DNA of 42,528 nt from Arcobacter sp. GTDB lineage: Bacteria; Campylobacterota; Campylobacteria; Campylobacterales; Arcobacteraceae. The stretch covers positions 1-42,528 of the forward strand of contig CBFIGT010000008.1 of NCBI GenBank assembly GCA_965662175.1. The letters are read 5' to 3'. The position numbers and the translations under genes are program-made. The notes under the pieces were generated by a model, which saw only the letters and a list, made by a program, of their open reading frames with translations, searched no databases and was not told the DNA's origin. Shown piece by piece: positions 40,950 through 42,528 of the stretch (the first letter of the stretch is position 1; the number at the start of each line of letters is the position of its first letter).

Positions 40950-41526
40950 CACAAAGCTCCAAGTACTTTGTTAGTTTGTACTCTTTTATGGGTCTAGGTT
41001 TAAAGAGTTCATTATTTTGTATTAAATCACTAAATAAAAAATCTCTTCTTTTAAAAAAATATAATTTAGGAGAACTAAACTCTGTAAAAACTATATTATT
41101 TGATGAATTTAAAGTGTCACCTATTTGGATATTTTTGTTTAATACAAAATCTACGCAGTTATAAAATCCATTATTTGGTTTTTTTGTATTTTGAGAAAAA
41201 GAGTAATACTCTAAAATCAAAGAGTGTAACCTTGTTTTTGCTTCACTCACATTTTCTTTGCAAATATCTATTCCATAAATATTTGATAAAGCTTTTAAAG
41301 TAAAAAATTCAAAATCATTTTGTTTTTTATATTTTTCTTTTACTGTTTGTAGTTTTCTTTTTAATATTTCCACTAAAAAATTACCGTTGCCACATGCAGG
41401 TTCTAAATATCTTGATTCTATTTTTTCAGATAAGTTTTTAGTTAAATCAAGCATCGCATCAATTTCTTTTTTATTAGTATAAACTTCAGCTAAATCTCTA
41501 ACTCTCTCTTTTGATTTTGTTTGCAT
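40939..41526 (-). CDS. Short methyltransferase-like protein with SAM-binding motifs only
   Basis: EVYT, LEPACGNGNFL, IYGIDI and GDTL are present; no NPPY/DPPY. Likely ATG start at 41526 (alternative GTG at 41535). Overlaps the downstream methyltransferase start. Confidence 0.8.
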   Translation of the reverse strand: MQTKSKERVRDLAEVYTNKKEIDAMLDLTKNLSEKIESRYLEPACGNGNFLVEILKRKLQTVKEKYKKQNDFEFFTLKALSNIYGIDICKENVSEAKTRLHSLILEYYSFSQNTKKPNNGFYNCVDFVLNKNIQIGDTLNSSNNIVFTEFSSPKLYFFKRRDFLFSDLIQNNELFKPRPIKEYKLTKYLELCDAC

Positions 41527-41550
41527 TAATTCCACACTTTCATTAAATTT

Positions 41551-41629
41551 TATAGAATAATTGCCGATTATATATTATTAATATGTAATATTTCCTTATA
41601 AAATACAATAATTATAGAATTATTACATA
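41551..41629. promoter_or_regulatory. Three 17-bp pseudo-palindromic operator-like sites at 31-bp spacing
   Basis: TATAGAATAATTGCCGA (41551), TATGTAATATTTCCTTA (41582), TATAGAATTATTACATA (41613), between divergent genes. Confidence 0.5.
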
Positions 41630-41679
41630 GTTGTTTTATCATTTTTCAATCAGTAAATTAATACCTAAAAAGGTAATTT

Positions 41680-41874
41680 ATGAAAATGACAAAACGGGAT
41701 ATTGCTGGATATTTGGGAATTGATTATAAAACACTATTTAATTGGGAAAAAGATAGACCAAATCTTTATAAAACTGTTATGTTAGGGCTTATGGTTGATG
41801 AGATAATTGAAAAAAATGAAAAAAATCTAAAAGAGCTAAAAGAGTTAAAAGAACAATTTGATACTAAAAAATAA
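41680..41874 (+). CDS. Small helix-turn-helix DNA-binding protein with a coiled-coil tail
   Basis: TKRDIAGYLGIDYKTLFNWEK is HTH-like; AAAGGT RBS; divergent from the RM-like operon. Confidence 0.75.
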   Translation: MKMTKRDIAGYLGIDYKTLFNWEKDRPNLYKTVMLGLMVDEIIEKNEKNLKELKELKEQFDTKK

Positions 41875-41975
41875 ACTTGGATATTAAAAATATTATTTCT
41901 AAATTAACATAGTTTTTATATTTTCATACTACTTAAGATAAAAAACTATAAAATCAAAAAAATTAAAGGCTATAA

Positions 41976-42528
41976 ATGCAAGAGTTTGATTTTGTTGAGT
42001 ATAAAAAAATGGTCAAGGAATTTCAAGAAAAAGATGACCCTACGGGATGGTTTGATAGTATTTATAAAAGTGCAAATGGGGATCATACAAAAGTATTTTG
42101 GGCTGATTTAGAACCTAGTCCTTATTTAGTATCTTGGCTAGAAAATAATCCTATAAATAAAGCAAATAAAAAAGCTTGTGTTATTGGTTGTGGTGTTGGT
42201 GATGATGCTGAGGCTTTAAGCTCTTTTGGATTTTTGGTTACAGCTTTTGATATATCTTCAACTGCGATTGAACTTTGTAAAAATAGATATACTAATACAA
42301 AAGTAAACTACGTAGTTGCTGATTTATTTGATTATCCTAAAGAGTGGTTTGAAAGTTTTGATGTGGTTTATGAGTGTAATACTATTCAAGTCTTACCAGG
42401 TGATTATAGAAAAAAAGCAAGAGAAGCTATGAGTAGTTTGATATGTAAAAATGGATATATTTTAGTCTCTTGTAGAAGTAGAAATGAGGGCGAAAAAGAG
42501 GATGAAATTCCCCTACCCTTATCAAAAA
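41976..42528 (+). CDS. Class I SAM-dependent small-molecule methyltransferase (TPMT-like), 3'-truncated by the window edge
   Basis: Not in the ORF track. My translation: MQEFDFVEYKK...DPTGWFDSIY...WADLEPSP...VIGCGVGDDAEAL...VTAFDISSTAI...VVADLF; open to the end of the window. Confidence 0.85.
   Translation, partial: MQEFDFVEYKKMVKEFQEKDDPTGWFDSIYKSANGDHTKVFWADLEPSPYLVSWLENNPINKANKKACVIGCGVGDDAEALSSFGFLVTAFDISSTAIELCKNRYTNTKVNYVVADLFDYPKEWFESFDVVYECNTIQVLPGDYRKKAREAMSSLICKNGYILVSCRSRNEGEKEDEIPLPLSK

Noticed and set aside
33115..41303. Short ORFs at 33115, 37464, 39605, 40451, 40976 and 41100
   Set aside because: Antisense to the kinase or RM-like genes, with low-complexity translations and no independent support.
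41905..41952. Imperfect inverted repeat ATAGTTTTTAT...ATAAAAAACTAT
   Set aside because: Almost all A/T with unequal arms; likely chance, or at most a weak site.
30660..42528. tRNA-Thr-anchored genomic island or prophage
   Set aside because: No integrase, transposase or phage gene, and I found no repeat of the tRNA 3' end in the window. The region looks accessory, but mobility is not shown.

Overview
AT-rich bacterial chromosomal window, most consistent with Campylobacterota, probably Arcobacteraceae (inferred from the Wolinella-type frdCAB, futalosine-pathway MqnL, frd-linked dynamin pair and tRNA style). Left to right it holds: the end of an Fe3+-type ABC transporter; a periplasmic-sensor protein with a degenerate GGDEF domain; mqnL and a PatB/MalY lyase; a complete nuoA-N complex I operon with citrate synthase inserted between nuoF and nuoG; frdCAB; two dynamin-like GTPases; a 7-tRNA operon; and an accessory region. 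The accessory region has a ferritin-like protein, a frameshifted Cache histidine kinase, an orphan solute-binding protein with a PAS kinase and a small secreted protein, an atypical three-gene restriction-modification-like cassette with a divergent HTH gene, and a truncated SAM methyltransferase. Two leads stand out. (1) NuoF keeps its FMN and Fe-S residues but has lost all three NADH-adenine-stacking phenylalanines and has Glu-to-Lys at the NADH/NADPH selectivity position. This suggests a complex I with a non-NADH donor (possibly NADPH), co-transcribed with citrate synthase. (2) The defence-like triad (SAM-binding half-methyltransferase, m6A methyltransferase, GIY-YIG/SF2 helicase) lies next to three 17-bp operator-like sites spaced exactly 31 bp apart. 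All homology calls are by eye; no searches were run.
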